DNA of 64,000 nucleotides from Macrostomum lignano (GCA_002269645.1 NIVC01000433.1:62001-126000), one strand, 5' to 3'. Shown: positions 13,101-25,814, counted from the first letter of the stretch. Numbers and translations are program-made. The notes: a model not told the origin generated them from the letters alone.

Positions 13101-16100
13101 CGGAGATTACTGTACAGGTAATAAGGCTGCGGACGAATTCCTAAATTGGAGCAGGAACTGGCGTTCCTTCGAACACTCTGCATCCGGGTAGGAGGATTTA
13201 AGCAGCTTGTCTGCGCGTGGGCGAAGAATTAATTGGTTGAATAGTGAGGAAAATGGAGCTTCTTATCGGTCTCCATCTCTCCTCTCCTCTCTGCTGTTTC
13301 AACTCGAGTATTAATAGAAGCGTTTATTAAGTGCAATTATTTGTGTCCTGCTGTGGCAAAGCAAAGACAAATCTGAAAAATTAGACACTGAATTTTATAT
13401 TTTTTTCAACAATGATGTCTGTCTATAATGATTGATGTCGTTGTCGGTTATTGCATGGCAACATGAATGCCATGCCATGTGGTTATCAATAAATTGATTG
13501 GGAAAATATTGGGACCCCCTGGATCCTCGATCCAGTTAGTTTAAGCTACTGCTTGATATACTTTTAAGCTATATAACTTGTAAAAGGTGAACGATTTTTT
13601 CCTGTTAACTGGGGACCCCATTGACCCCCATCCCCTGGATTGGGCAAGTGTATGAAACCGATTAATTTGGGAAACGGAAAAATATGCTTTATAATGGGGC
13701 AGATATGGGGAATTTTCTGAGACCCTGGGAGTTTGAATTGGTTGCAGTAAGGCATCGGGAAATTAATAAGAGGAAGAGGGAATTTCTGACAGGACTCGGC
13801 CCGAATATTTACCTGTTGGCTGCAGTTGGCATTTTGAGTAAAGAGTCTCTGCTTCTGACTTTCGATGCCTGTCCGCCGCTTCTAATTGATTCAGACAAAC
13901 ACCGGCCACGGCTCGGGGTCGGGGGGGGGGGGGGTCGGAGAGGGGCGGGGCTGCCAGACTCCCCAAATTTGGCTCAGCGCGGTCCTAACTTGGAAAGAGA
14001 ATGATTTTCTTACCTGTTCAGTCAGAGCTGAAACTTATCAGCCAAGCCTGGCCGGGACAGGCTCGGCCCGCCCACACACGCACACCCGCCATCTACAAGC
14101 GGCAGTTACTCCTTACAGCGCTTTGCATATGCTTAATTGCTGGCCCCAGTAAATTATGCAACACCGGCTGAATTAATGTACATAGCCTTCTCCTGCCCCC
14201 TACCTCTGTGCCTCTCCATAGAATTCTGATCTGACCCGAGTCAGTTCTGCAGCTCTCCGCTGTCTGTTCTCTTTGATCTGCTGTCAGCTCGCCGTCTGCG
14301 AACACTTGCTAGAATTGAAATGCTGATTGAATGCTAATTACTGTGGAGAAAAAGATTGACGCGAAAAAATACACAGAGAAAAAAAGAAAGTCAATCTGTG
14401 TTATGATAGATAAAGTCCAGAACGACTACCTTGTACTAGATTAAAGCTATCAATCTAAAACTTATTTTTCTTTAGGTAATGAGGGACTTTGCTTGATAAA
14501 TTTGAAGTCATTTACGCATTTTAACTTGCTACTCATGAGGTTCTTAGTAGTATAATGCAAAAATTAAAATTAAAATACAATACAGTCCGTCACAGAAGTC
14601 ATTTTTTACGTTTTCATCCTGCTAGCCTGACGAATTCCCCATTCTGCTGGCCAGTCAACCCCTCATTCTGCTGGCCAGTCAACCCCTCATTCTGCTGGCC
14701 AGTCAACCCCTCATTCTGCTGGCCAGTCAACCCCTCATTCTGCTGGCCAGTCAACCCCTCATTCTGCTGGCCCGTCAACCCCTCATTCTGCTGGCCAGTC
14801 AACCCCTCATTCTGCTGGCCAGTCAACCCCTCATTCTGCTGGCCAGTCAACCCCTCATTCTGCTGGCCAGTCAACCCCTCATTCTGCTGGCCCGTCACCT
14901 CCCCATTCTTCTGGCTCGCCAACCCCCCATTTTGCTGGCTCTCTGTCTCTGAATCTCTAAATTAAATTATTTGACTGCAACACTTATTTACAAAATATAT
15001 TCCCTTAAAAATTGCAGTTTGGAGCAGCTGTCGATTCTGTCGGACCAAGAGGAGACTCCAGCGATTCTGTTTGCCACAGTGACGCCCTGCCTGAGCTCAG
15101 TGTCAATCAAATTCACCCAAGGCTTAATGGGAACCGGTGGCAAAATTTCGCCAATTAATAGTACCCTGATTAACAATCACCTGTTGATGTCGAGTTCAGG
15201 TAAGCTATTAAAATTCTAATCGAATACTTTTGTTAATAGTATCGGATAATCCATAATAAGGCATAAAATAGTAGCTACACCAGGAGTTGGCGAGGAAATA
15301 AAGAAGAATATAGGAGACGAGAGGAGAGGAAAGACGAGAGGAGAGAGGAGAGAAGAGAGAAGGGAGAGGAGAGAGGAGAGAAGAGAGAAGGGAGAGAAGA
15401 GAAGAGAGGAGAGAAGGGAGAGGAGAGAAGAGAGAAGGGAGAAGAGAGAAGAGAGAAGAGAGAAGGGAGAGGGAGAGAGGAGAGAAGGGAGAGGAGAGAA
15501 GAGAGAAGGGAGAAGGGAGAGGAGAGAAGAGAGAAGGGAGAGGAGAGAAGAGAAAAGAGAGAAGGGAGAGGGAGAGAGGAGAGAAGGGAGAGGAGAGAAG
15601 AGAGAAGAGAGAAGGGAGAGGAGAGAAGAGAGAAGAGAGAAGGGAGAGGAGAGAAGAGAGAAGGGAGTGGAGAGAAGAGAGATAAGAGAAGGGAGAGAAG
15701 AGAAGAGAGAAGGGAGAGAAGAGAAGAGAGAAGGGAGAGGAGAGAAGAGAGAAGGGAGAAGGGAGAGGAGAGAAGAGAGAAGGGAGAAGAGAGAAGAGAG
15801 AAGGGAGTGGAGAGAAGAGAGATAAGAGAAGGGAGAGGAGAGAAGAGAGAAGGGAGAGGAGAGAAGAGAGAAGGGAGAGGAGAGAAGAGAGAAGGGAGTG
15901 GAGAGAAGAGAGAAGGGAGAGGAGAGAAGAGAGAAGGGAGAGGAGAGAAGAGAGAAGGGAGAGGAGAGAAGAGAGAAGGGAGTGGAGAGAAGAGAGAAGG
16001 GAGAGGAGAGAAGAGAGAAGGGAGAGGAGAGAAGAGAGAAGGGAGAGGAGAGAAGAGAGATAAGAGAAGGGAGAGGAGAGAAGAGAGATAAGAGAAGGGA

Positions 16101-18448
16101 GAGGAGAGAAGAGAGAAGGGAGTGGAGAGAGGAGAAGAGAGGGGAGAGGAAAAGAGAGATGAGATCAGAGAAGAGAGAGACGAAAGAAGAGAGCTGAGAA
16201 GACACCAACCTTAAGCTTGGCCGGATTGCTATAGCGAAGTTTCAAAGCACCCGAGGGCGGGACAGAGAGGTTTCGCGGGCCGCATGTGGCCCGTGGACCG
16301 GAGGTTGCCAACCACTGAACTAGACAGTAGTCCGAGTAGTTTTTATTCTAATCCATACTCCATCGCTGACGATGAACGCTTTCCATTGTTAATGCCAAAT
16401 AATCCCAAACAAAATCAATACTCGAATCCCCAATGTCGACATCCGCAGACCTGACCAGCTATGATCGAGAACAGCTCACTCTCAACCGGAGCATCACCTA
16501 CAAGCTGATAACCGCAGGCACCAACAGCCTGCAGCTTCGGCTCAAGCGTCTCTACCAACAGGGCTCAACGAGTGCCAGCAAAGTGCTCATAAAACTGTCC
16601 ACCTTTTATCCCGGAGTCGAGTTGGGCTCCGGCAAGTACAAGCTGCACATCTGCGCAGCCAATTCGAGCCGGCCGCATCTGGTCCGAGTGAAAATGAGTC
16701 ACGTGTTATCAATCGACTCGCGCCACGAGTCGGCCTACTCGATCTGCGTTGTCATCAACACGGTTGGGCCGCTGTACGAGTTCTGCGACGCCCAGATCAG
16801 TCTGGGCGGCGACCAGCTGCCGTTTCAACGCTCCACACTATTCGATGGGTTGAGCAGTTCGACCAGGCTGCCTAATGGGACTCACGCCTTTACCTGCGTG
16901 AACTACTCCAGCCTGTGGAGGAGCTACCCCACCGTTGACATCTCTCAACTGCTGCGTCGGAATCCCCAAAAGCTCTACGTGAACGCTTATATAATGAAAT
17001 CTGACGATGGTGAGTGCTTTTGGTTTTCTCCCTAAAACTGATAATCGAATTCTGGTCATGGATTTCTGATCCCCGATCCCAGATCCCAGATTTTCGATCC
17101 CAGATCCCCGATCCCAGATCCCCGATCCCAGATCCCAGATCCCCGATCCCAGATCCCCGATCCCAGATCTTCGATCCCAGATCTTCGATCCCAGATCTTC
17201 GATCCCAGATCTTCGATCCCAGATCTTCGATCCCAGATCTTCGATCCCAGATCTTCGATCCCAGATCCCCGATCCCAGATCCCCGATCCCAGATCCCCGA
17301 TCCCAGATCCCCGATCCCAGATCCCCGATCCCCGATCCCAGATCCCCGATCCCAGATCCCCGATCCCCGATCCCAGATCCCCGATCCCAGATCCCCGATC
17401 CCAGATCCCAGATCCCCGATCCTAGATCCCCGATCCCAGATCCCCGATCCCAGATCCCCGATCCCAGATCCCCGATCCCAGATCTTCGATCCCAGATCCA
17501 TGATCCTAGATCCCAGATCCCCGATCCCCGATCCCCGATCCCAGATCCCAGATCCCCGATCCCCGATCCCAGATCCCCGATCCCAGATCTCCGATCCCAG
17601 ATCCATGATCCTAGATCCCCGATCCCAGATCCCAGATCCCAGATTTCAGATCCCCGATTCCAGATCCTAGATCCTCGATCCCAAATTCCAGATCCCCGAT
17701 TCCAGATCCCAGATCGCAGATCCCAGCTGAATCCAGATCCATGATTCATGGTCTCCGATCCCAACTAGGATTCAGGAATCTTCGATTCCAGATTTCAAGC
17801 TCAGGTATTAGATCCCAAAACTTCCAGCAGGTCGGATATTCCCCAGATCCTAGATAAGGCTATCCAATATCCAAATGAATGATTCCAGACGGCCAGGCGG
17901 ACGCCACAGCCTGGGAGACGCTGGTGTACTATCGCACGGATCCTCAAAAGGGCAGCACAATGAACATAGTCAACTGCGACAGCCAGTTCACAGGCGAAGG
18001 CGAAGTCGCCCTCTCGCCTAACGCAGAATCCCAGCCGACGGGCTCCTACTCGGCGGAGTTCACCCTGCAGCTGCCGCCGAACGCTTCGCTGCTGGTGCGG
18101 CCAACGAGGCTGGACCTTCTGGCGCCGATGCTGACAGCGGAGCTGACGCCCTACAGCGGCCAGTCAATGTCGATGGAGCGGCTGGCCAATAAGCTGAACT
18201 GCTCAGGCGGCGACGAGATTTGGGCCTACGGCGGAGTCATCTGCGGCGGGGCCGGCCGCCACATCTGCGTGTCTGGCGACGCTGACGCCTGCCGCTACGA
18301 CACGTTTCGGGTGCGGCTGCTGGTGCAGCGGAAACTGCTGAATGGAAGCCGGAGAGCTCATGGCTATGAGGATCTGGACAGCTGGGGTGAGTGTGCGGAT
18401 GGACACTAAGATAGACAAACAGACAGACAGATAGACAGACAGACAGGC

Positions 18449-18531
<83 letters not shown>

Positions 18532-18628
18532 TAGACAAACAGACAGATAGACAAACAGACAGACAGACAGACAAACAGACAGATAGATAGACAGGCAGAC
18601 AGACAAACAGACAGACAGATAGACAGGC

Positions 18629-18705
<77 letters not shown>

Positions 18706-20266
18706 GTCAGACAGACAGACAGACAGACAGACAGTCAGACAGACAGACAGACAGTCAGTATAAAGCATTATGCACCTCCCTCAGGCGGTGTGCCATACGT
18801 CAAGCGAGTCACCGTGCAGTGGCAGTTTGTACAGCCGGGCCCCCTGCCCGATCAGATCATGCCGGCCATCGGTCGGGTCAAGGACGCCCTGCGGCACTTG
18901 AAAAATGGCGTCACTCAGGCCGAAGCAATGATGAGGAGGCAGCATAATAGCAATAAGATCAGAAGTTATAATAGTTTAAAGGAAGATAAAAAGTTCACGC
19001 GAAAGGTAAATATAGGCTACTTTTGTGTTGTTTAATGATGATGGCGTAGGCGCCCACTGGCATTTGGCAATGGGGAGTTGCAGTTCCGGAGCTGAAAAAT
19101 CTCGTTCATTGATTTTGTCTACTCATCTGATACTTGCGATATGACAGCTGAAACGTATTCTATAATAGTTTGGAATTTAGATGCATAAAAGTTTGTTCTT
19201 GTTAAAAAGTTGGACAAGGGTACTTGGCTTCTCTGCCAAGATTCTCTGCAGATTTAGCGGTTAATAGTTTGTCATGGGAGGGAACTTTTACCCAATTGAT
19301 AGTATGTAGCTTTGTTCATACTAAATTCAACTAAACAAATTTCAGTTCAAGCGAAAGGAAGCCGTCCTCCAGGCTTGCAAGGAGACCCTACGGCAGACGC
19401 AGTTCGCAGACGCCACCGACAAGCTTATCCGACTGTCAGTCAAGTGTCAGCATCAGCTGCTCAAATCGCACCTGTCCACAGAGAAGCGCCGATCTGGCCT
19501 ATTCATCGAAGAATTCACCGATGTGAACTTCAACGTTCAAATCGAGTCGCCGGCAACTTCGAGTTTCGCGGCGGTCTACTCGCCCCTGGTGAACCGATTT
19601 CGCTGTTTGGTGTTCAGAGTCCAATTGTCTGACCCGTTCGCTACCAAACTGACCAAGCTGATGACTGACTCGTTCAATCAACGAATGAAACACAGAAGGC
19701 GCTCAACTAAGAAAGTTTATCGATTAGTGAAGAAGCTGATTGAGACCAGGCTATTGGCTACACTGTCCATGACAGAACTGCCTACCAACGCCAGACAGGG
19801 CTTCGTGAAGTTCATACCGCGAACCAACGGTACTCAATCGGCAATGAGGCCAATCTCTACCAGGCCGCAGCGTCGCAGCTTCGGTCGGCGACGGCGGCGG
19901 CGGCCGCTGCGGCACAGGCAGCGGCGATTCAGAAAAAGGCTAAAAAAGTTTTTAAAAAGACACACAATGCTGCAAGACGTCATCAGCGAACTGCAGTTAG
20001 AGTTTGATAGCTTCAATAAAAGCTTGTCAGACAGCTTGTCCGGTTCAAGGACTCCCAACAGCGAGGCCACTGGTTGGACGCCAAGATTTTCGATGGACTT
20101 GAAAACAGATCCGATCAATCCGCTGCCAATGGAGTACCTGGCTGTGTACGTTTACGCGGCGCCCGTGTCTCGGTTGAGTCGGCCGGGGCCGCACCGGAGA
20201 CCCTACTCGCTGTTTGGCTTTAAAATTGATGGATACATTTCTTCGGCAAAACTGAGACGCATGTGA
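7178..20266 (+). CDS. NDNF: 7-exon gene for a ~880-aa secreted NDNF/Nord-like (fibronectin type III) protein
   Basis: Exons: 7178-7196, 7284-7524, 15018-15199, 16449-17009, 17889-18386, 18785-19005, 19346-20266. All introns are GT-AG and the phases chain (1,2,1,1,1,0). Total 2643 nt = 881 codons with no internal stop. A hydrophobic signal-like segment ([17 protein letters not shown]) is present. The motifs [42 protein letters not shown] and YLAVYVY match, in order, the NDNF motifs I recall (TPLSVTVTPC, YCVVINKEHNFKSLC, TVAW, LLDVYV). The family call is from memory. Confidence 0.72.
7606..8028. mobile_element. MITE-like element (CAGGCGCGTCGCC... end) carrying a 21-bp tandem array at ~7757-7950
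   Basis: Starts caggcgcgtcgccaccggggggacagggggacatgtccccccc. A degenerate complementary end (ttgtccccccc...gggatgtccctg) lies at 7991-8028. About 9 internal copies of gcctgcggcgccaaaatgagt. Confidence 0.55.
9585..10225. repeat. 16-bp minisatellite (ggtgaagtgtctggty)n
   Basis: About 40 tandem units. The 246-aa minus-strand ORF is its translation. Confidence 0.97.
11900..12465. repeat. 39-40-bp minisatellite (aattaagaatacggtgcttgacactccagccaccccaaccccc)
   Basis: About 14 tandem copies with no unique spacers. Confidence 0.97.
14625..14940. repeat. 24-bp minisatellite (ccctcattctgctggccagtcaac)
   Basis: About 12 near-identical copies. It produces the 8-aa repeat ORFs on both strands. Confidence 0.97.
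15281..16317 (-). mobile_element. hAT/Charlie-like MITE, copy 2, with a ~900-bp expanded GA-rich repeat core
   Basis: Termini CAGGAGTTGGCGA (15281) and TTGCCAACCACTG (16317). Subterminal GGGCCGCATGTGGCCCG. Flanking 8-mers agctacac/aactagac match at 6/8, consistent with an aged 8-bp TSD. Confidence 0.7.
17060..17760. repeat. 7-bp unit array (gatccca/gatcccc/gatcttc) filling NDNF-like intron 4
   Basis: Read directly. Confidence 0.96.
18408..18760. repeat. (GACA)n microsatellite filling NDNF-like intron 5
   Basis: Read directly. Confidence 0.98.
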
Positions 20267-20552
20267 GGCAGTGACAGACATTGCAATCCGCACGCGCTCA
20301 AAGGGATTTTTTGATTAGGCGAGCTGCTGAATTTTATGAACCTTAGAAACTTTGGATGTATGAAAACTGAAATGGCTGAAAGGTAGGGCATCTGTTAAAG
20401 TCAGGAATAAAACTCAGATGTTATCAGCAGCAGACTGTTGGTTACACCAAGGACAGAATGAACTCAGATATACTCTGAGGGAACTTGCTGTGCATATATT
20501 TATATACACAGCATGAACACAACGATGCTACCTTTGTGCAGTTAGCCATGAA

Positions 20553-20825
20553 GGGGTTGTAACCTAGTGATTAGAGCGTCAGACTCACGACTGAAACGTC
20601 GGGGGTTCGATTCTTGACCCACCCAGGACAATTTAGACAACTTAACTTTGCATTGCTTCAGTTCACCCAGCTGTAAAATGGGTGCCAGCATTAGCTGGGT
20701 TAATTGAGGGGGTGTGAGGCGACCCCCCAGCCCTCGGACTGAACAGCCGTACACAGCCTTCAGATGCGCAGCGCAATAGCTGCGGCTGAGCTGTCGATTG
20801 CACATCTGCCCATTACTGCCCATAC
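20553..20825 (+). mobile_element. tRNA-derived SINE with a CORE-like domain
   Basis: tRNA-like head with an A box (TAACCTAGTGA) and a B box (GGTTCGATTC, 20604-20613). It is followed by cttaactttgcattgcttcagttcacccagctgtaaaatggg (20641-20682), which resembles the CORE-SINE consensus as I recall it (cttaacctctctgagcctcagtttcctcatctgtaaaatggg). The 3' end is approximate. Confidence 0.75.
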
Positions 20826-22717
20826 TTAGTTCGTATATACTTTAGCTGAAAATTCTGTAGTTAAGCATTTTTTCCGTTTGAAAATTTTATCTTTAATGAC
20901 GATTCGGCAGCAAGTCTAACTCAACCCCTGAAGTGTAATGCAACTTCAGATTTTCCGTACATTCGTGCGCACGAAACCATGTTGCGTCTGAAACTGTAGA
21001 GCAGTTTTTGCGCCAAGTTTCACCTGCGGCACTTGCATATAACCTCCCCAACGGACAGCAGCAAATCGTTAATGAATTCCGGTGAATGAAAAAAATTGAC
21101 ACATAAAGCAACCGAGCGACGCACTTTTGAACAAAGTGGATAAAAAATTAACATTTCAGCAACTCCTGTTGTTTTAGCCACTTTCCCGTAAAAGTACATA
21201 GTTTTAGTTTCCTCATTGACGTGTCTAACAAAAACTGCTTCAAGTTGATCGCGCGCATTGTTCGATAATCTAGTTATCCATTCAAAGTTTCCATTGGCGT
21301 TTAAAGCTTTGTATTTTTTTATTAATATCATTTTGAAAGGAAAAATTATGTTTTTGGTAGATCTTCCAGGGGAGAACTACTCGTAATAATTCCCGAGAAT
21401 AGTTGCCGACGACCAAGACACAATTATGAATGAGCTAAAATTTTGTTGTTTCGTCAATGCTACCTTTATTTTTGTGTTATTACTCGCGCATTATATTATC
21501 TCGCTCTTGTTTCGGAATTGTAACCGCATTTGCATTTTTGTCGATTACATTTAAATTTCTATATAATGCCTCCCCGCAATGCCGTGCATACGAATACAAA
21601 TTTCCTGAAAACAGCCATCCGTATTGACTTTTTGTGAAACAATCGACCTAGACTGGCTACTACCTCAATCGCGCTTGCGAAAATGCATACGTGTTTTTGT
21701 GAACTCAGTTAGCTATATTATATGAATAGTTATGCAGTGTGCAGTAACGTTGAATTTTGAGGATTAAAAGAAGCCGGGAAAGTCACGATAGATAATTCAA
21801 CTCTTAGAAATAATTATAGAACGTCTAAACTGTTTTTTATCATTTTTACTCTTTTTATTCCTAATGAGAATCGTTTATACAATCAATTTTCAAGTATTTT
21901 TCGCAGCCGCTTTTGTGTGTGATTGAAACATTTTTTAAAATTCTCGTAAAGAAACTGTTTCAGTTGAGAACCAGAGCCTCGGGTTCAAGCGGATCTTTAA
22001 GTAATACGACGGCCCTATGCACTCTTGCTAATGTCAAAGGGATGTAGCAGCAGCAGCAGCATCTTACATGTAATAATTTTACTATATTTTCGTTCTTTTG
22101 CTCTTTTCGCTTTTTTGCGCCCCGTATTAAAACAAACCGGCTTTGTGTTGCCGCTTGCAGCGAACCAGTGCGCAAGCGATTATAAATAAATGCATACAAT
22201 AATAACCCATTGTCATGTGCATATGCAGCATTAATTTCATAGAATTTCTCTGTTAATCTGCTCATTTATCATTGTTCATAAATTGAGATTCAAACACGGA
22301 GTTTAGCTTGTTAAAGATTAAGGATCTGTATGATGTATTGTAGCTACGCCACCATAAATTGTAAAAAAATGATGATAAAGACGATTGGTAGTTTAGTAAA
22401 AGTACTTTTGTTTAGAAAGCGGTGAATAGAGCATGTCAAGAGTTTAGCCAGTGCGTTAGTTCCAAGTTTATTGCTGTTTTCACAAATAGAATTGGGATAA
22501 TAAAATATGCGACAATACAGCTGCCAAGTATGTGACGTTCGGTGTACGCAGAAATAAAATTACATAGATTTTACTGTAGGTGGGTACTTCGGGGATAAAT
22601 TGACGACAGAATATACGGATTGCAAGCTGGAGAACCGATCGACATTCGTTGCGGGACTTCTATTAATGTTATTAATCGTTTTTCGTCCATCTAGTCATCG
22701 CCACGATTCGACACGCA

Positions 22718-25322
22718 TCAGCGCCGACGATTTGATTTCAATCTTCGACTTCTATCGGTTTCGTACTCCAACTGCAGGTCGGACACAGACATGAGCTCCC
22801 TAGTTTGCGGCTGGTCGGCCTGACTCGATTGCGCAATTGGACGATTCATTTGAAAAGCGGAATTATTAGACAGGCTAGCGGCCGATTTTCCAGCAGTTGT
22901 TGAAGAGACCAGACTAGCCGAACTCCGGGAATCGGCGGCGGCTCTTTCCAGTCTGGAACGGCGCGGGTCCAATACGGACAGCAAAGCCTCGAGATTTTGC
23001 ACCACCATTGCTAGAGAGCCGGGTGGCAGGTCGGAAGATGACTGGCCTGCGTTCGGATCAGATGAGATTATTTTTGCGTAACACTAATAATTAAGCAGAA
23101 CGCGTGAACAACTCTGCCCTGAACATATTCAAAGAGAGAATCTAGTCATGGATGATGTAAAAAATAAAAACTAACCAGATCTGTGTTCAGAAGCTCGAGG
23201 CCGACGAAAATCTTTGCGCAGTTTAGACGCGTTGGAATATTGCGATTGACGGCGCAACTCGTGGCGACTATCGACACCAATGCTTGGCTTGTTGGAGAAA
23301 TTGCTGCGACTGTCTTTGTGTACTAGAGATGGATACAGTGGTGTGCATCTATAAAGTTTGTAAAGCTAAGCGGCACATGGTTAACGGTTATTTCCAGGGC
23401 AAGATCGGATATTAATTTCAATGGCGATCGTTCAGCACACGAAACAAGGAGTTTTCTCTGGACAAGATTGCATGTATATTATTCTTCTTGCTTCTTATCC
23501 AAATCATCTGGCTACTTGGGTCATTTCAGGGTATTTGCAGGTAAAACAGGAAAGAAGCGCCTCTAGACGACTTTAAAACGACGAGATGTCACGCTACAAG
23601 TCGCCAAAAAGTCGTTAGAGTCGCCCAAGAGTCAATTGGAGGCGTTTTTTTGTCTGCGATTTTAGGCGTGCTAGAGTGGCTTTAGAATCACTGGGTTGCG
23701 GCTAAAGTGCAGCTGCGTCTTTATTAATTAGAATCGCATTCCGCATTTATAACAACTCCATCTAGTCTACTTGAGTTAGTAGAAGGCTAAGCGCTAATAC
23801 AGCGACACAGTGATGCTCTCATGACTCAACAGTCGCATTACAGTCGTTGGAGTCGTTAAAAAGTCACAAGAGTCACCCCAGAGTAATGAGCTGTTTGCAA
23901 TGACTCTTTAGCGATTCTTGTCACGGTAAAGTTTTAAACAGGTTAATGTTCATTAAGACCCGGTTATTACTTTTCATTCCTAATTCCTGTGCAGCAACCT
24001 ATATCGACCGACGTTTCCAAAATCTCGACGTCGCTGGCAAATTGGTACTTCTACAACATCGACAATTACAATTGCACCGACGTTCGGTCGACCTATAATG
24101 TTGTTATGCGTCGGCATAGTGTAAAAATACTTTCATTTGCCAGCGACGTCCATGTACGTTGTCATCGTCGGAATGTTGCACAAAATTGCAGATGCTATGC
24201 AGGACTACACAGTAACAATAGAATATGCGTTAATGCATCAGCTACCTCTCGAGGATTTAGAAGTGCGACCAACGCCGAGTTTGCTCCAACTGCATCCGGT
24301 AACAGCGTCGCGATTGTTGTTATCCTTGTTCAAATCGGCGGCCTTCGAGACTTGCGCGTTAGATCTCGCTGGCAATTCAACACCTGTGATTTTTGCATTA
24401 GCCGGAACGGGAGACTCCGAGATGGAATCGGCTCTGCTTTCGGTGCCTGGAATTTATCGAAAAAATTTACGACTAAGCCATACTCATATGAATAGATTTC
24501 TACTGAGAAATGTGTAGCTATTTAAAAAATACTTGTTTTTGTTTAGGTATCAGAATCCGTCGAACATCTGACAGAAAGACTCCCGGAAGACCACAGAACA
24601 GTTAAAGCATGTTGACGGACCCTATAAACGAAGCTCTAAATGCAGCACCCTAACAGACTGCTAATAATGCAGTCTTAATGTCTTTAAATCGTAGATAATC
24701 TAGATTACGAATTCTGCTCACTAAGGATCTTACTGAATCTATAGGCACCAGTTTATATCCTATCGGCAAGTAAATTTACATCAAAAGAGCAGCATAATAG
24801 CATAACTAGATATAATACCATAACACTGCCAAAACAATACTAAGATTAAGACGACAAAAACCAGGAAAGCAAAAGCTACTGACATATGTCGGCCGCATCC
24901 AAGATCAGTTGAGGTTTTCTTCGAGAGCTAGCAGCGCGATTACAATCGGGACTCTCAGACGTTTCCGCGCGATAATCGGGCACAGTTCGAGCGCAATTGT
25001 TTCGACCTAGATTTTGACTGTCGCCTTGTACTTTTGGTTTGTCAACAGCCCGCAGTACCGGGTGCAGAGTAAGCCGGCCGCACCGGTCATGAGTGGCAAA
25101 CACGGACAGGTCAAATCCAATCGACAGAGGCACGCTGCTCAACTTGGTGCTCCAATTATCTGCCGATAAATCTGCTTGATGATGCTGTTTTTTTTCGCTG
25201 CTCTGCGTCTGCTGCTGCTGCTGGTGGTGTTGCTGCGCAGAAGGCGGCTCTTGATTTGAAAACGACGAGCAAGACAGTTCAGCGTCCTGCTTTGCTCTAC
25301 CGCTTTCAACTAGCGCGGTCAT
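22718..25322 (-). CDS. Putative 2-exon gene, 255-aa uncharacterised Q/S-rich protein
   Basis: Exons 25322-24884 (ATG preceded by an in-frame TAA; donor GTCAGT) and 23046-22718 (acceptor ccgaacgcag). The phase-1 join is in frame and the total is 768 nt. No family recognised. Confidence 0.55.
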
Positions 25323-25814
25323 CTTTTATTGTTGTCTCTTAGCTAGTTGCCGGTTAAAGTGCACTTGGTTCGCGCTATACTGATAGTTCAACCTCAGGTC
25401 GCTCTTGTAGTCTTTTTTACGTAGAGATCAGAGCTTGATTTCTTTTATGCTAAAAATCTATACTGGAAGAAATGTCTATGGTATAAATCATATGTATTTA
25501 CGTTTTCCCTGATTTTACAAAGAAAAATGAGTGAGACGGTCGGTCAAGTGGGCAGAAACAGTATCGATTTAACAGCATGCGAAATATATAACAGCAGACT
25601 CGTTCACACCGTTCGCCGTCAAATGCGGTCATTTTTCTGTAATCACACAGCCTGTAAATTTTTTTCATAAATTTCTATAGCTATCAGTCGTACAATTTGA
25701 TTACCACTTTTAACAATCCTTAAGACTATAAAATGCACTTTTGATCCTAAAACTAGGTTGTACTGACTCCTGAAACTTAGACTCTTATGGTGGCTATGCA
25801 ATCGTGACCACTCT

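Noticed and set aside
20893-22600. Short minus-strand ORFs that could be a decayed transposon or viral gene; one NKLGTNALAKLL segment is vaguely Crypton-like
   Set aside because: No diagnostic catalytic motifs in order, and many stops. It cannot be supported without a search.
23989-24517. Overlapping 168-aa and 126-aa plus-strand ORFs
   Set aside because: No recognisable domain or splice partner. They overlap an inverted-repeat-rich tract inside another gene's intron.
25340-25800. LTRs for the Gypsy remnant
   Set aside because: No direct repeat pair, PBS or PPT was found on either side.
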